DNA from: Spirochaetia bacterium
Lineage (GTDB): Bacteria > Spirochaetota > Spirochaetia > CADAEX01
NCBI GenBank assembly: GCA_963662795.1
Contig: OY759746.1
Span: forward strand, 2,368,001 to 2,432,000
Length of the DNA: 64,000 bases
Reading direction: 5' to 3'
Both the position numbers and the translations under genes were made by a program. The notes under the pieces were generated by a model. The model worked only from the letters and a program-made list of their open reading frames with translations. It made no database searches and was not told the DNA's origin. This document shows, in pieces, positions 54,407 to 64,000 of the stretch. Position 1 is the stretch's first letter. Every line of letters begins with the position of its first letter.

Positions 54407-56362
54407 ATGGGAAAAGTAATCGGCATTGACCTTGGTACAACCAACTCTTGTGTGGCAGTAATGGAAGGGGGAGAACCTGTTGTTATCCAGAATTCAGAAG
54501 GACAGAGGACAACACCTTCAATAGTTGCCTTTACAGATAAAGGTGAAAGACTTGTCGGGCAGCCTGCAAAAAACCAGATTATTACAAATCCGGAAAATAC
54601 TGTTTATTCCATCAAGAGATTTATGGGAAACAAATTTTCCGAAGTAAAGCAGGAACTTAATCTGGTGCCCTATAACATGGAAGAAACATCCAATCATGAC
54701 ATACGGGTAAATGTAAGAGGCAAGCATTATTCGCCTCCGGAGATATCTGCTGCGGTACTGCAGAAAATGAAAAAGACTGCAGAAGACTATCTTGGAGAAC
54801 CTGTTACAGAAGCTGTAATAACAGTTCCCGCGTATTTCAATGATTCGCAGAGACAGGCTACCAAAGACGCAGGAAAGATTGCGGGGCTTGACGTAAAAAG
54901 AATTGTTAATGAACCAACAGCCGCATCTCTTGCCTACGGTTTTGGAAAAGATAAAAAAGATGAAAAAATAGCTGTATTTGACCTTGGCGGCGGTACATTT
55001 GATATTTCCATTCTTGAACTCGGCGACGGCGTATTTGAAGTAAAATCAACAAATGGAGATACGCACCTCGGAGGGGACAACTTCGACCAGAGGATAATAT
55101 CGTGGCTGATTGATACATTTAAAAAAGATACGGGAATAGATCTTTCCAAAGACAAAATGGCGCTTCAGAGGCTTAAGGAAGCGGCAGAGAAAGCGAAGAT
55201 TGAACTTTCAAGCACTCAATCAACAGATATAAACCTTCCATTTGTTACTGCGGATGCAAACGGTCCAAAACACCTTCTTTATAATCTCTCGAGGTCAAAA
55301 TTTGAACAGATGATTGAGGATCTTCTTCAGAGTACCAAAAACCCGTGTGCTAAAGCATTGAAAGATGCGGGGCTGACAGCTTCTGATATTGATGAAGTAA
55401 TTCTTGTAGGAGGATCGACAAGAATTCCTGCAGTGCAGGCGATTGTCAAGGAAGTATTTAAAAAGGAACCTAACAAAAGTGTAAACCCTGATGAAGTTGT
55501 TGCAATGGGTGCGGCAATACAGGGCGGTATTTTAGGCGGTGATGTAAAGGATGTTCTTCTTCTTGATGTTACTCCTCTTTCGCTTGGAATTGAGACACTC
55601 GGCGGTGTTTTTACAAAACTCATAGAGAGAAACACAACAATTCCTACCAGAAAGAGTCAGGTTTTCTCTACTGCAGCAGACAGCCAGACCGCGGTATCAA
55701 TTCATGTCCTTCAGGGAGAACGGGAAATGGCTTCCCAGAACAGGACACTGGGAAAATTTGACCTTGTAGGTATTCCGCCTGCTCCAAGAGGCATTCCTCA
55801 GATTGAGGTTGCTTTTGATATTGACGCAAACGGTATAGTTCATGTTTCGGCAAAGGACCTTGCAACAGGCAAGGAACAGAAGATAAGGATTGAATCATCT
55901 TCAGGCTTAAGCGAAGCAGAAATAAAGAAAATGGTAGATGATGCAGCAGCTCATGCAGAGGAAGACAGAAAAGAGAAGGAAAAGATTGAAGTTAAGAACG
56001 AGGCTGATGCCCTGATCTATACAACAGAAAAATCCCTCAAGGAATACGGCGACAAGATATCTACAGAGGATAAGGGTAAAGCCGAAGCTGCCTTGAATGA
56101 CCTTAAAGCAGCGGTTGGAACATCAGATATCGAAGAAATTAAAAAGAAGATAGAAGGTCTTAAAACAGCTTCATATAAACTTGCGGAAGAGATGTATAAA
56201 AACGCTTCCCAGGGGGCTCCCGGAGCACAGGAGGCACCACAGGGCAATTCCGCAGCTGAAGACGGCACCAGCGGCGAAGGCGGCAAAGATAAGGGAACTT
56301 CAGGTCCAAATTCAAATGTAGAAGATGTTGATTACGAAGTTGTTGATGATGATAAAAAATAA
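54407..56362 (+). CDS. dnaK: Chaperone DnaK
   Basis: [26 protein letters not shown]. Confidence 0.99.
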   Translation: MGKVIGIDLGTTNSCVAVMEGGEPVVIQNSEGQRTTPSIVAFTDKGERLVGQPAKNQIITNPENTVYSIKRFMGNKFSEVKQELNLVPYNMEETSNHDIRVNVRGKHYSPPEISAAVLQKMKKTAEDYLGEPVTEAVITVPAYFNDSQRQATKDAGKIAGLDVKRIVNEPTAASLAYGFGKDKKDEKIAVFDLGGGTFDISILELGDGVFEVKSTNGDTHLGGDNFDQRIISWLIDTFKKDTGIDLSKDKMALQRLKEAAEKAKIELSSTQSTDINLPFVTADANGPKHLLYNLSRSKFEQMIEDLLQSTKNPCAKALKDAGLTASDIDEVILVGGSTRIPAVQAIVKEVFKKEPNKSVNPDEVVAMGAAIQGGILGGDVKDVLLLDVTPLSLGIETLGGVFTKLIERNTTIPTRKSQVFSTAADSQTAVSIHVLQGEREMASQNRTLGKFDLVGIPPAPRGIPQIEVAFDIDANGIVHVSAKDLATGKEQKIRIESSSGLSEAEIKKMVDDAAAHAEEDRKEKEKIEVKNEADALIYTTEKSLKEYGDKISTEDKGKAEAALNDLKAAVGTSDIEEIKKKIEGLKTASYKLAEEMYKNASQGAPGAQEAPQGNSAAEDGTSGEGGKDKGTSGPNSNVEDVDYEVVDDDKK

Positions 56363-56396
56363 ATCCTTAACCATTCAGGAAAGTGAGACATAAACA

Positions 56397-57527
56397 TTGG
56401 CTAAAAAGGATTATTACGAAGTCCTTGGCGTTCCGAAAGGGGCGACCAGGGATGAAATTAAAAAAGCATACAGAAAACTGGCGATAATGTTTCATCCCGA
56501 TAAAAATGCGGGAAACAAGGAAGCTGAAGAGAAATTCAAGGAAGCAACAGAAGCCTACGAAGTTTTAAGCGATGATACAAAAAGGCAAGCCTACGACCAG
56601 TTTGGTTTTGCAGGTGTTGATGGTATGGGCGCGGGAGCCCATGACTATTCAACAGTTTTCAGGGATTTTGAAGATATCTTTGGAGATTTTTCAGGGATAT
56701 TTGATTCTTTTTTCGGCGGTCAGGGTTCCCGTTCAAGACGCGGGTCTCAAGGGGCTTCCCATCAGAGAGGCTCTGACCTGAGATATAATCTTGATATATC
56801 TTTTAAAGACGCTGTATTCGGCACAAAGGTTGAGATTGCATATAATAAAAATCACAGCTGCTCAACCTGCGGAGGGTCAGGCGCAGCATCAGGTACAGGC
56901 AAAAAAACATGCAGTACCTGCGGAGGAACCGGCCAGGTAAGAAGGAATTCCGGTTTTTTCTCAATAGCCTCCCCCTGTCCGACCTGCCGCGGGGAAGGCT
57001 TTATTCTTGAAAATCCCTGCACATCCTGTGCAGGTACAGGCGTTAACAGAAAAAAGCAGAAGATAAAGGTTACTATCCCTGCAGGAATTGAAACAGGTAA
57101 ACGGATAAGTATTCCCTCTCAGGGCGATACTGGTCCCAATGGAGGGGAACCGGGCGACCTTTATGTTTTCATAAATGTGCGTCCGCATGAATACTTTGAA
57201 AGAAATGGGGAGGACCTTTACTGTCTTATTCCGATTTCCTTTACCCAGGCAGCGCTTGGTGCTGAGATTCATGTTAAAACGCTTGATGAAAAAAAGGTGA
57301 GGATGAAAATCCCTTCCGGGACACAGAACGGCAAGGTTCTCAGATTAAGGGGAGAAGGTGTTCCTTTTCTCCATAATTCTTCGAAGAGAGGGGATCTTTA
57401 CGTAAAGATACAGGTGCTTGTTCCTGAACGCCTTTCCTCAAAGCAGAAAAAGCTTCTGGAAGAACTATCTGCAATTTCAGACGAGACTGAAAACCCTACA
57501 CCGGTAAAGCTCTCTTCGATAAATTAA
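56397..57527 (+). CDS. dnaJ: Chaperone DnaJ
   Basis: HPD motif, G/F region, four CxxCxGxG repeats; TTG start. Confidence 0.99.
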   Translation: MAKKDYYEVLGVPKGATRDEIKKAYRKLAIMFHPDKNAGNKEAEEKFKEATEAYEVLSDDTKRQAYDQFGFAGVDGMGAGAHDYSTVFRDFEDIFGDFSGIFDSFFGGQGSRSRRGSQGASHQRGSDLRYNLDISFKDAVFGTKVEIAYNKNHSCSTCGGSGAASGTGKKTCSTCGGTGQVRRNSGFFSIASPCPTCRGEGFILENPCTSCAGTGVNRKKQKIKVTIPAGIETGKRISIPSQGDTGPNGGEPGDLYVFINVRPHEYFERNGEDLYCLIPISFTQAALGAEIHVKTLDEKKVRMKIPSGTQNGKVLRLRGEGVPFLHNSSKRGDLYVKIQVLVPERLSSKQKKLLEELSAISDETENPTPVKLSSIN

Positions 57528-57580
57528 ATTTTAATGGTTACTTTATGCATGATACCGGTAAAACAGATAACTTTATATAT

Positions 57581-58580
57581 TTATCCAGCAGTCCTGCATA
57601 GACGTATACCATGCGCATAATCGCTATTTCCTGGTGAAGTCAGTATGTAAATCCTGTAAAATATACATCCACTGCATCTCATCGTTAGCCCAGCTCCCGC
57701 CTCGCTGACCGCGGTTGGGGGCATTTACTATATCCCAGCACCACTCCCAAATATTGCCGCATATATCATAGCAACCCAGGGCATTAGGTAGTTTAGATTT
57801 TACTTCCGCCGTGGAGCTTGTATTATAGACCATATAATCATCCGGATTGGAACCTGTGGTATCACCGCTGATATGCGTTCCGCTGTTCCATATTGTTTCG
57901 TCAATATATCTGGCTGCACATGCCCATTCATCCAGAGTAGGCAGCCTGAACCCGCTGTTGGTTCTTATCTCTGTGACAGCATTGCAATTTGAACCATTTG
58001 CTGAACTGCTGTCCCTTATTGGATCTCCCGCGCTGCATCCGGCTTTAACATTACCGCTTGTGTATACATATACACAGTTTAAATCCGTATCGGTTCCATT
58101 ATGTTCGTTGTAATATTCGGTCAGCGCATTGCAGAATACCATCGACTCCCACCAGTTTACTGTTGTAACCGGATGCTTTATTGTTCCGACAGCCCCGCCG
58201 GCATAATCACCACCCTGTCTGCCAGTGTGTTCAAAAATATAAGTACCAGCAATCTCTTCTCCGCTTATGGCTGCATCATGGTCTGTATCTCCGGTAGCCC
58301 AGACATATACTGAATCCCATATTTCAAATGTTAGTTCTGTTTCGCCTAGCCAGTAGGAATTTTCCACAGTGGCAAAGACTGTATCATCTGATCCGGTCGG
58401 GAAGCTCATTCCTCCCGGAACGGAAATCATCCTGAAAGTTGCATTGTCAATCGTGAAAGTTCCATAATTATCATCTTTGCTGCCGTCAGTTCCCCCATCT
58501 TCTGCTGCATTTGAACAGCCTGAAAACATTATAACTATTGTAATGGCGATAATTGCTGTAAATTTAAAGTGTATATGCAT
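57581..58580 (-). pseudogene. FGE-sulfatase (SUMF1/C-type-lectin fold) lipoprotein, frameshifted near its C-terminus
   Basis: Lipobox FSGC; PVTTVNW, GFRLPT, PNALG, GNIWEW, RGGSW. The annotated frame stops at 57624; the canonical tail SPGNSDYAHGIRLCRTAG* is in another frame ending at 57581. Confidence 0.75.
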
Positions 58581-58754
58581 ATTCATTCTCCTTTAATGAA
58601 AAAGAGTTTTTCAATGAATTATCAAACACTTGGATGAAAGACTGGAAGGATAAAATTCATTTTCAGATATTTGCGAATTTTAACATCCGTTATTGGTTTT
58701 GTAAAGAATAATTAGATAGTGCGATTTAATAATTACCTTATATAGCATAAAAAT

Positions 58755-58791
58755 AAAAAAAGCTGTATCATTTTGTCTGATACAGCTTTTT
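58755..58791 (-). terminator. Intrinsic (bidirectional-type) terminator after lemA
   Basis: AGCTGTATCA/TGATACAGCT stem flanked by A and T tracts. Confidence 0.88.
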
Positions 58792-58813
58792 ACGTATTTA
58801 TCAGAACAAAGTT

Positions 58814-59395
58814 CTAACTGCCGAAATTTACCTTAGGCGCTTCTTTAGCAGCCTCGGATACTTCAAAATACGGCTTTTTCTCAAGTCCCATATTTCCTGC
58901 TATAATTGATGATGGAAACATTCTTATTTTAGCGTTAAATATTTTAACCCCGTCGTTATATCTTTTCCTTGCGACAGCCAGCCGGTTCTCTGTCCCTGCA
59001 AGCTCATCCTGGAGCCTGATGAAATTCTGGTCTGATTTAAGCTGGGGATAGTTTTCAACAACAACAAGCAGTCTTGATAAGGCGCTTTCCATCTGGTTTG
59101 CCCCTTCGGCTTTTTCAGAAACAGAAGTAGCTCCTGCAAGTTTGGCCCTTGCGTTTGCTATGTTTGTAAATACTTCTTTTTCCTGAGAGGCAAAACCCTT
59201 GACTGTTGAGACTATGTTGGGGATAAGATCACTTCTCCTCTGAAGCTGATTGTCAACTTCTGCCCAGGAGGCGTCAATGTTCTCTTCAAGATACACAAGC
59301 TGGTTTCTTGCGTTGATATACCATGAAAAAAGCGATCCTGCTATCAGTATCAGCACTAGTACAGGTACAGCAATATAAAGTAATTTCTTATTCAT
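58814..59395 (-). CDS. lemA: LemA-family protein
   Basis: N-terminal TM, QLQRRSDLIPN, ENYPQLK, ENRLAVARKRYN. Confidence 0.95.
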   Translation of the reverse strand: MNKKLLYIAVPVLVLILIAGSLFSWYINARNQLVYLEENIDASWAEVDNQLQRRSDLIPNIVSTVKGFASQEKEVFTNIANARAKLAGATSVSEKAEGANQMESALSRLLVVVENYPQLKSDQNFIRLQDELAGTENRLAVARKRYNDGVKIFNAKIRMFPSSIIAGNMGLEKKPYFEVSEAAKEAPKVNFGS

Positions 59396-59486
59396 TTTTA
59401 TCTATCTTCTCCTTGATTTTATAATTGTTGTTTCCCCTGCTGTATTCTGACGTTCAGCAGAAGGAAAAACATATTACTGCATAAAA

Positions 59487-60281
59487 TTAAAAGCCTCTCG
59501 ATGCGCCTCCGCCTCCGAAGCCTCCGCCGCCGAAACCGCCGGAAAATCCTCCTCCGCCGGAAAACCCGCCGCCCCTTCCGAAGCTGCTGCCGAAGCCGCC
59601 TCCGTAGCCTCTTCTTCCCGACATTGCTGAAAGAAATAACAGCGGCCAGAATATTCTGCCGCCGCTTATAAACAGCACAAAAAGTACAAATATAATAGAC
59701 AAGCCGCCGCCGCTGCTGCCTGAGCTGTTTCTTCCTGTCTGCATGGATTGAATCGATTCCCTGTAGCTGCTCCCTTCAATTTCAATATTATATTCTTTTG
59801 CAACAAGCGAAGCTACAGCGATAAAGCCGGTTTTAAGGCCGCTGCTGTAATCATTATTGCGAAGGTACGGAATCATATAGTCATCCATTATGGAACCTGC
59901 AAGGCCGTCCGGGATTGCCCCTTCAAGGCCATAGCCCACTTCAATCCTCAGTTTTCTCTCTCCGGTGCTTACAGCGATAAGTATGCCGTTGTCCTTTCCC
60001 TTTTCCCCGATTCCCCATTCAGATGCTGTTTCAAGTGCAAATTCCTCAATAGAACCGTAAGGCTCTATAGTTTTAACTGTCAAGACCGCGATTTCAGCGC
60101 CTGTTTTATCCCTGATTTCTGCTGCCGCGGCCTCAATCATCTCTTTGTCGCTGCTGTTTATTACACCTGCGAGGTCTGTTACAAATCCGCGGCTTTTGGG
60201 GATCTCTGCTGATATATATGCCGGCAGGGCTAAAATCAGCAGCATCAGAAATACCTTTATTTTGTTTCCGGATGTTTTCAT
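59487..60281 (-). CDS. TPM-domain membrane protein (YgcG-like) with Gly-rich tail
   Basis: WGIGEKGKDNG, RIEVGYGLEG, TM, GGGGFGGGGASRGF. Confidence 0.93.
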   Translation of the reverse strand: MKTSGNKIKVFLMLLILALPAYISAEIPKSRGFVTDLAGVINSSDKEMIEAAAAEIRDKTGAEIAVLTVKTIEPYGSIEEFALETASEWGIGEKGKDNGILIAVSTGERKLRIEVGYGLEGAIPDGLAGSIMDDYMIPYLRNNDYSSGLKTGFIAVASLVAKEYNIEIEGSSYRESIQSMQTGRNSSGSSGGGLSIIFVLFVLFISGGRIFWPLLFLSAMSGRRGYGGGFGSSFGRGGGFSGGGGFSGGFGGGGFGGGGASRGF

Positions 60282-60283
60282 CT

Positions 60284-60997
60284 TTAATTATCCATTGAAT
60301 CTATCACTGATGTTATTTTATCAATGCTCTCAAGTAAAACTGCTGCCAGTCCGAAGATATCTTTTTCTCTGTCCTTTCCGGTTAACTTAAGACATCCGGA
60401 TAAATCAGCTCCAAAGACTTTTTCCGCTTCAGAAAAAATCATTTCTCCCTGTATAACTCCTGCATTGATGCCTTTGAGACGAAGCGCCGCACGCAGTATT
60501 GTTTTTACGGCAACAGGTATAAACCTCATGTTTGCCCTTAAGGTTATGCTGCTCCCGCCGCTGTTTATTATTGACTGTTTTATCTGATTGGAAAGCCCTC
60601 TAAGCCTCTCCTCCAGCTGATGCCGTATGTTGGTACGGGTTATTGCCAGTTTTTCAACAATATCATCACCATAAACAGTTTTATGGCGATCTGCGATATC
60701 GTGGTATTCCATCGGGAAAACATCGGCAGAGTTGATAAAATCATCAACAGAAAGGACAAGTGTCGTAATTCTGTATTTTTTGATTATTTGCTTCCCTTTT
60801 TTCCCGAATTCTATCAGAGAATTATAATTATTCTGTTCAGGAAGGATCAGCAGATTGATATCTGAATATTTACTGCTGAAGGAATCAGTTGCTGCGCTGC
60901 CGTATAAAATTACAGATTTAAGGTTATTTTTAAAACATTCTTTTATTACCGGCAGAACCCTCTCCTGCACTTCTTTTTGGGGATTATTGATTGTCAT
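60284..60997 (-). CDS. Pol-beta-superfamily nucleotidyltransferase-domain protein with helical C-terminal domain
   Basis: LYGS...SDINLL, DVFPMEYHDI, VYGDD. Confidence 0.8.
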   Translation of the reverse strand: MTINNPQKEVQERVLPVIKECFKNNLKSVILYGSAATDSFSSKYSDINLLILPEQNNYNSLIEFGKKGKQIIKKYRITTLVLSVDDFINSADVFPMEYHDIADRHKTVYGDDIVEKLAITRTNIRHQLEERLRGLSNQIKQSIINSGGSSITLRANMRFIPVAVKTILRAALRLKGINAGVIQGEMIFSEAEKVFGADLSGCLKLTGKDREKDIFGLAAVLLESIDKITSVIDSMDN

Positions 60998-61064
60998 TGT
61001 CTCTCCTGCATAATTGTGTTATTTAACAGCCAGTCGGAATCCATGTTCCCTTTCACATCCTTCT

Positions 61065-61103
61065 GACATATAAAAAGATAATATGTCTGCCCGTTTATGA
61101 CAA
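61065..61103 (-). promoter_or_regulatory. Sigma-70 promoter of the NTase-TPM-LemA operon with overlapping inverted repeat
   Basis: Minus strand TTGTCA-N17-TATCTT (61103-61075); GACATAT-N9-ATATGTC (61065-61087) straddles the -10. Confidence 0.6.
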
Positions 61104-61152
61104 TGTTTTTAGGTGAGTCTTTTTTCCCGGCGTATGTACGTCAGCAATCGGG

Positions 61153-61788
61153 TTACTTTTTTCTGGCCTTTATCTTTGCAGGGCTTAATTTCTTATACAT
61201 GTTTCTCAGCGCTTTTTCATTAATAAGCATCAGCTTGTGAAGCGCTGTTTTGTTTTTCTTCTTGCCTTCAATATCCAGTATTTTGACAGCGAGGTTATAT
61301 AGCCTTCTTACGCCCTGAACTGCAGGTATTGAACATTTAAAGTGCTCGGCAAGTTCAAAGTCTGCCTTGCCGCTGTTAAGCTCAAGAAATTCAAGCAGTT
61401 CCTCTTTGCCCCATTTCTTGTGCTTACCCTTACTGAAGTCAAATTTCTCCATTCTTGACTTTGTTCTTTCTGACGCGCCCTTCATCTTGATTTTTTTCCA
61501 GTAGGGGTGTCTGTTTCTTGCATAGTTAATGTCTTCAATTTTTAAACCTGTTTTTGCAAGCCAGAGTCGCGTAACAATCCTTTTTTCAGCAGGAGTTAGT
61601 GAACTTTTAACTGAAAAATCTACATAAGCGTCTGCTGTTTTTTTCTGAAGAAGCTTTTTCATCTCTTCAGTGAGAATCCTTTGGGGTGGTTCCTTTACCG
61701 GTTTTGCAGCTTTTTCAGCCTTTACAGGTTTTTTATTTTTTATAACTTCTTTTTTAACCGCAGTTTTCTTCTTTGCCATGGCTTCCAC
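61153..61788 (-). CDS. Basic hypothetical protein with Lys/Ala/Pro-rich N-tail and HTH-like motif
   Basis: KKKTAVKK...KPVKAEKAAKPVK, YARNRHPYWK, DFELAEHFKCSIPAVQGVRR (alternative ATG 61779). Confidence 0.75.
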   Translation of the reverse strand: MEAMAKKKTAVKKEVIKNKKPVKAEKAAKPVKEPPQRILTEEMKKLLQKKTADAYVDFSVKSSLTPAEKRIVTRLWLAKTGLKIEDINYARNRHPYWKKIKMKGASERTKSRMEKFDFSKGKHKKWGKEELLEFLELNSGKADFELAEHFKCSIPAVQGVRRLYNLAVKILDIEGKKKNKTALHKLMLINEKALRNMYKKLSPAKIKARKK

Positions 61789-61905
61789 CTATATCCTTTA
61801 TAATTTCAAATATAATCAAAAAAAATGTATATATATAATATATAACATAGTTCATTGTAAAATCAAATAAAAGTAAAATATTATCAAACTGATTATATAT
61901 AGATA

Positions 61906-61934
61906 TTGACAAATAAAACAAAAAAGATTATTTA
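61906..61934 (+). promoter_or_regulatory. Putative sigma-70 promoter of the aro leader
   Basis: TTGACA-N17-TATTTA in an AT-rich region. Confidence 0.5.
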
Positions 61935-61976
61935 AGTATTATAACTGTATTTTATGGAGATATTACAAAGTAAATT

Positions 61977-62039
61977 ATGATTGTAAAAAAATGCGTTAAT
62001 TTTTATTATTTTTATACGCCTCTTTATAACAAAACCTGA
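61977..62039 (+). CDS. Phe/Tyr-rich attenuator leader peptide
   Basis: MIVKKCVNFYYFYTPLYNKT*, directly upstream of alternative hairpins and aroF. Confidence 0.75.
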   Translation: MIVKKCVNFYYFYTPLYNKT

Positions 62040-62060
62040 ATGACACAGGTCTATATACAG

Positions 62061-62092
62061 AGCCGTGATCACAGGATCACGGCTTTTTTTTT
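62061..62092 (+). terminator. Attenuator terminator before aroF
   Basis: AGCCGTGATC-ACAG-GATCACGGCT plus T-tract, about 40 nt before the aroF start. Confidence 0.88.
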
Positions 62093-62131
62093 CCTTTTGC
62101 AATTGTAATCAGGAATCTTAGGAGATGACCA

Positions 62132-62953
62132 ATGAAAGATTTGAAACTGGCGTCAATTGACGCAAAAAAAGAAAGGACAACAATAAAAATAGGCAATGTT
62201 ACAGTCGGCCGTGATTTTGTTGTCATTGCCGGGCCCTGCAGCGTTGAAACGGAAGAACAGACAATAAAAACAGCCATAGCGGTAAAAGAGGCCGGAGGAG
62301 ACATGCTGAGGGGCGGGGCTTTCAAGCCAAGGACGTCCCCTTACGCTTTTCAGGGACTTGGAATGAAAGGATTAAAAATCCTGGATAAGGCTAAAAGAGA
62401 GACAGGGCTGCCGATTGTTACAGAAGTAGTTGATGCGCGGGATGTTTCATGGGTATGTGAATATGCTGATATTATCCAGATCGGTGCAAGAAATATGCAG
62501 AATTTTTCACTTCTCAAGGAAGCAGGAAGGGTAAAAAAACCGGTGCTTCTGAAAAGAGGGATGTACTCCACCCTTTCCGAATGGCTTAACTGCGCGGAAT
62601 ATATCCTTGCAGAGGGGAACCCTGATGTTATTCTTTGTGAAAGAGGGATAAGGACTTTTGAGACTTACACACGTAATACGCTCGATCTCAGCATAGTGCC
62701 GTCTTCGAAAGAGGTAACGCATCTGCCTATTATGGCAGACCCGTCCCATGGTACAGGTAAACTTAGTCTTATCGGCCCGATGTCATTTGCCGCAGTTGCA
62801 TCAGGGGCGGACGGTATTCTTCTGGAAGTTCACATTGATCCTTCAAAAGCTTTGAGCGATGCCTCACAGCAGCTCACCCCCGCAGCCTTTAAAACTCTTA
62901 TCCGGAAAATAAGGCTGCTCAAAGAAAGCTATGACAGCATAGTTAACAGTTAA
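62132..62953 (+). CDS. aroF: DAHP synthase, type I-beta, no N-terminal regulatory domain
   Basis: [36 protein letters not shown]. Confidence 0.95.
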   Translation: MKDLKLASIDAKKERTTIKIGNVTVGRDFVVIAGPCSVETEEQTIKTAIAVKEAGGDMLRGGAFKPRTSPYAFQGLGMKGLKILDKAKRETGLPIVTEVVDARDVSWVCEYADIIQIGARNMQNFSLLKEAGRVKKPVLLKRGMYSTLSEWLNCAEYILAEGNPDVILCERGIRTFETYTRNTLDLSIVPSSKEVTHLPIMADPSHGTGKLSLIGPMSFAAVASGADGILLEVHIDPSKALSDASQQLTPAAFKTLIRKIRLLKESYDSIVNS

Positions 62954-62968
62954 ACGGCAGGAATTGAC

Positions 62969-64000
62969 ATGGAAAAATTTACCGTAAAGGCAGCTTCAGG
63001 ATCTACTGATGTATTAATCGGGGAAAAAACTGCCAATTTAAAAAACTATATCAGAGGCAGGAATACCATAATTATTACTGACAATAATGTGGCATCGCAC
63101 TATGGAAAGTTGTTTGAAGGATATAAAACGATTGTTATCAAAACTGGAGAAGACCACAAAAACCTTCAAAGTGTGGAATTTATTTATAAAAAGCTTTTTG
63201 AGTACGGCGCTGACAGGAGGAGTCTCGTAATCGGTATCGGTGGCGGTGTCGTAACAGATATTACCGGATTCGCATCCGCCACCTATATGCGGGGACTATC
63301 CTACGGTTTTGTCTCTACAACCCTGCTTGCCCAGGTAGATGCCAGTATAGGCGGCAAGAACGGTGTAAATTTCATGGGGGCTAAAAATATTATCGGCACT
63401 TTTACCCAGCCGGAATTTGTTGTAATTGATACCGATACCTTAAATACAATACCGGTAGAAGAGATTACAAGCGGGATGGGTGAGATACTTAAGCACTGCA
63501 TAATATCAGGCGGAAAAATATTTGATACTGCGTCCGATTCTGTATCCCCGGATAATACCGGAAGGATTAAAATAACTGGAAGCGGCGGAGAAGATCTTCT
63601 TCCGTTTTTCATAAGCGAATCCATAAAGATAAAGGCTGAAGTTGTTGCGAATGACGAAAGGGAATCTGGACAGAGGCGGATCCTTAATCTCGGCCACACA
63701 GTTGCCCATGCCATAGAGATCGGGGAAAAACTTCCTCACGGCATAGCTGTAATCAAGGGCATTAAATTCGCTTCAGATTTTTCTGTTGCGGAGGGGTTTC
63801 TCGATAAAAATGAAAGCATGAAAATAACAGCTCTTCTTAAAAAGACAGGAGTTGATCTGGAAATAAACGCGGAAAGAAAACAGATAATTAACCTCCTGCA
63901 GCATGATAAAAAGAAAGAGAACAGCGATATTTATTTTGTTTTTATCAGAAAACCGGGTGATGTGTTTTCCATGAAAATACGTCTTGAAAAACTTATAGGA
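62969..64000 (+). CDS. aroB: 3-dehydroquinate synthase (runs off the window end)
   Basis: ADR, GGGVVTD, TTLLAQVDASIGGK, LNLGHT, HGIAV, HDKK; no stop in the window, so absent from the ORF track. Confidence 0.96.
   Translation, partial: MEKFTVKAASGSTDVLIGEKTANLKNYIRGRNTIIITDNNVASHYGKLFEGYKTIVIKTGEDHKNLQSVEFIYKKLFEYGADRRSLVIGIGGGVVTDITGFASATYMRGLSYGFVSTTLLAQVDASIGGKNGVNFMGAKNIIGTFTQPEFVVIDTDTLNTIPVEEITSGMGEILKHCIISGGKIFDTASDSVSPDNTGRIKITGSGGEDLLPFFISESIKIKAEVVANDERESGQRRILNLGHTVAHAIEIGEKLPHGIAVIKGIKFASDFSVAEGFLDKNESMKITALLKKTGVDLEINAERKQIINLLQHDKKKENSDIYFVFIRKPGDVFSMKIRLEKLIG

Noticed and set aside
58620-58700. Minus-strand GCAAA...GAAA hairpin upstream of the FGE gene as a c-di-GMP-I riboswitch
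   Set aside because: AT-rich stem only; the conserved GGCAAA/GCAAAG two-hairpin architecture is missing
57528-58813. Complete diversity-generating retroelement
   Set aside because: No reverse transcriptase, Avd or template repeat in the window; kept only as a possibility in trans
59487-59620. GC-rich CCG repeats as a microsatellite or foreign DNA
   Set aside because: They encode the Gly-rich tail typical of TPM/YgcG proteins

Overview
Core-genome window from an AT-rich bacterium that is very probably a spirochaete. Support: spirochaete-type Prs, RpoB Asn at the E. coli S531 position, secY followed directly by rpmJ, a SpiroCoCo-like coiled-coil gene, and a Borrelia-like rplQ-rny-ymdB-tlyA-GerMN-der-...-grpE-dnaK-dnaJ neighbourhood. 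In order it holds: the 3' end of a KamA-type radical SAM gene, a BMP-family nucleoside/sugar ABC transporter, prs, an FGGY kinase and an orphan histidine kinase. Then come tRNA-Thr, rpmG, tRNA-Trp, secE, nusG, rplKAJL, rpoBC, rpsLG, tuf (no fusA) and the S10/spc/alpha clusters. These are followed by spirochaete envelope and housekeeping genes, grpE-dnaK-dnaJ, a frameshifted FGE-sulfatase-domain lipoprotein, an NTase-TPM-LemA operon, a basic HTH protein and aroF-aroB. I saw no mobile element, CRISPR array or defence island. The most interesting signals are: (1) an unannotated Phe/Tyr leader peptide with a complete 1:2/2:3/3:4 attenuator before aroF; (2) a highly structured RNA of about 250 nt where fusA would normally lie; (3) two sigma-28-like promoters in front of a Cache-like/acidic-repeat membrane protein and a GerMN protein; (4) a hidden NlpC/P60-like catalytic motif; (5) the uncharacterised NTase-TPM-LemA module with a candidate operator. 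All calls come from reading the sequence; no database searches or folding programs were run.
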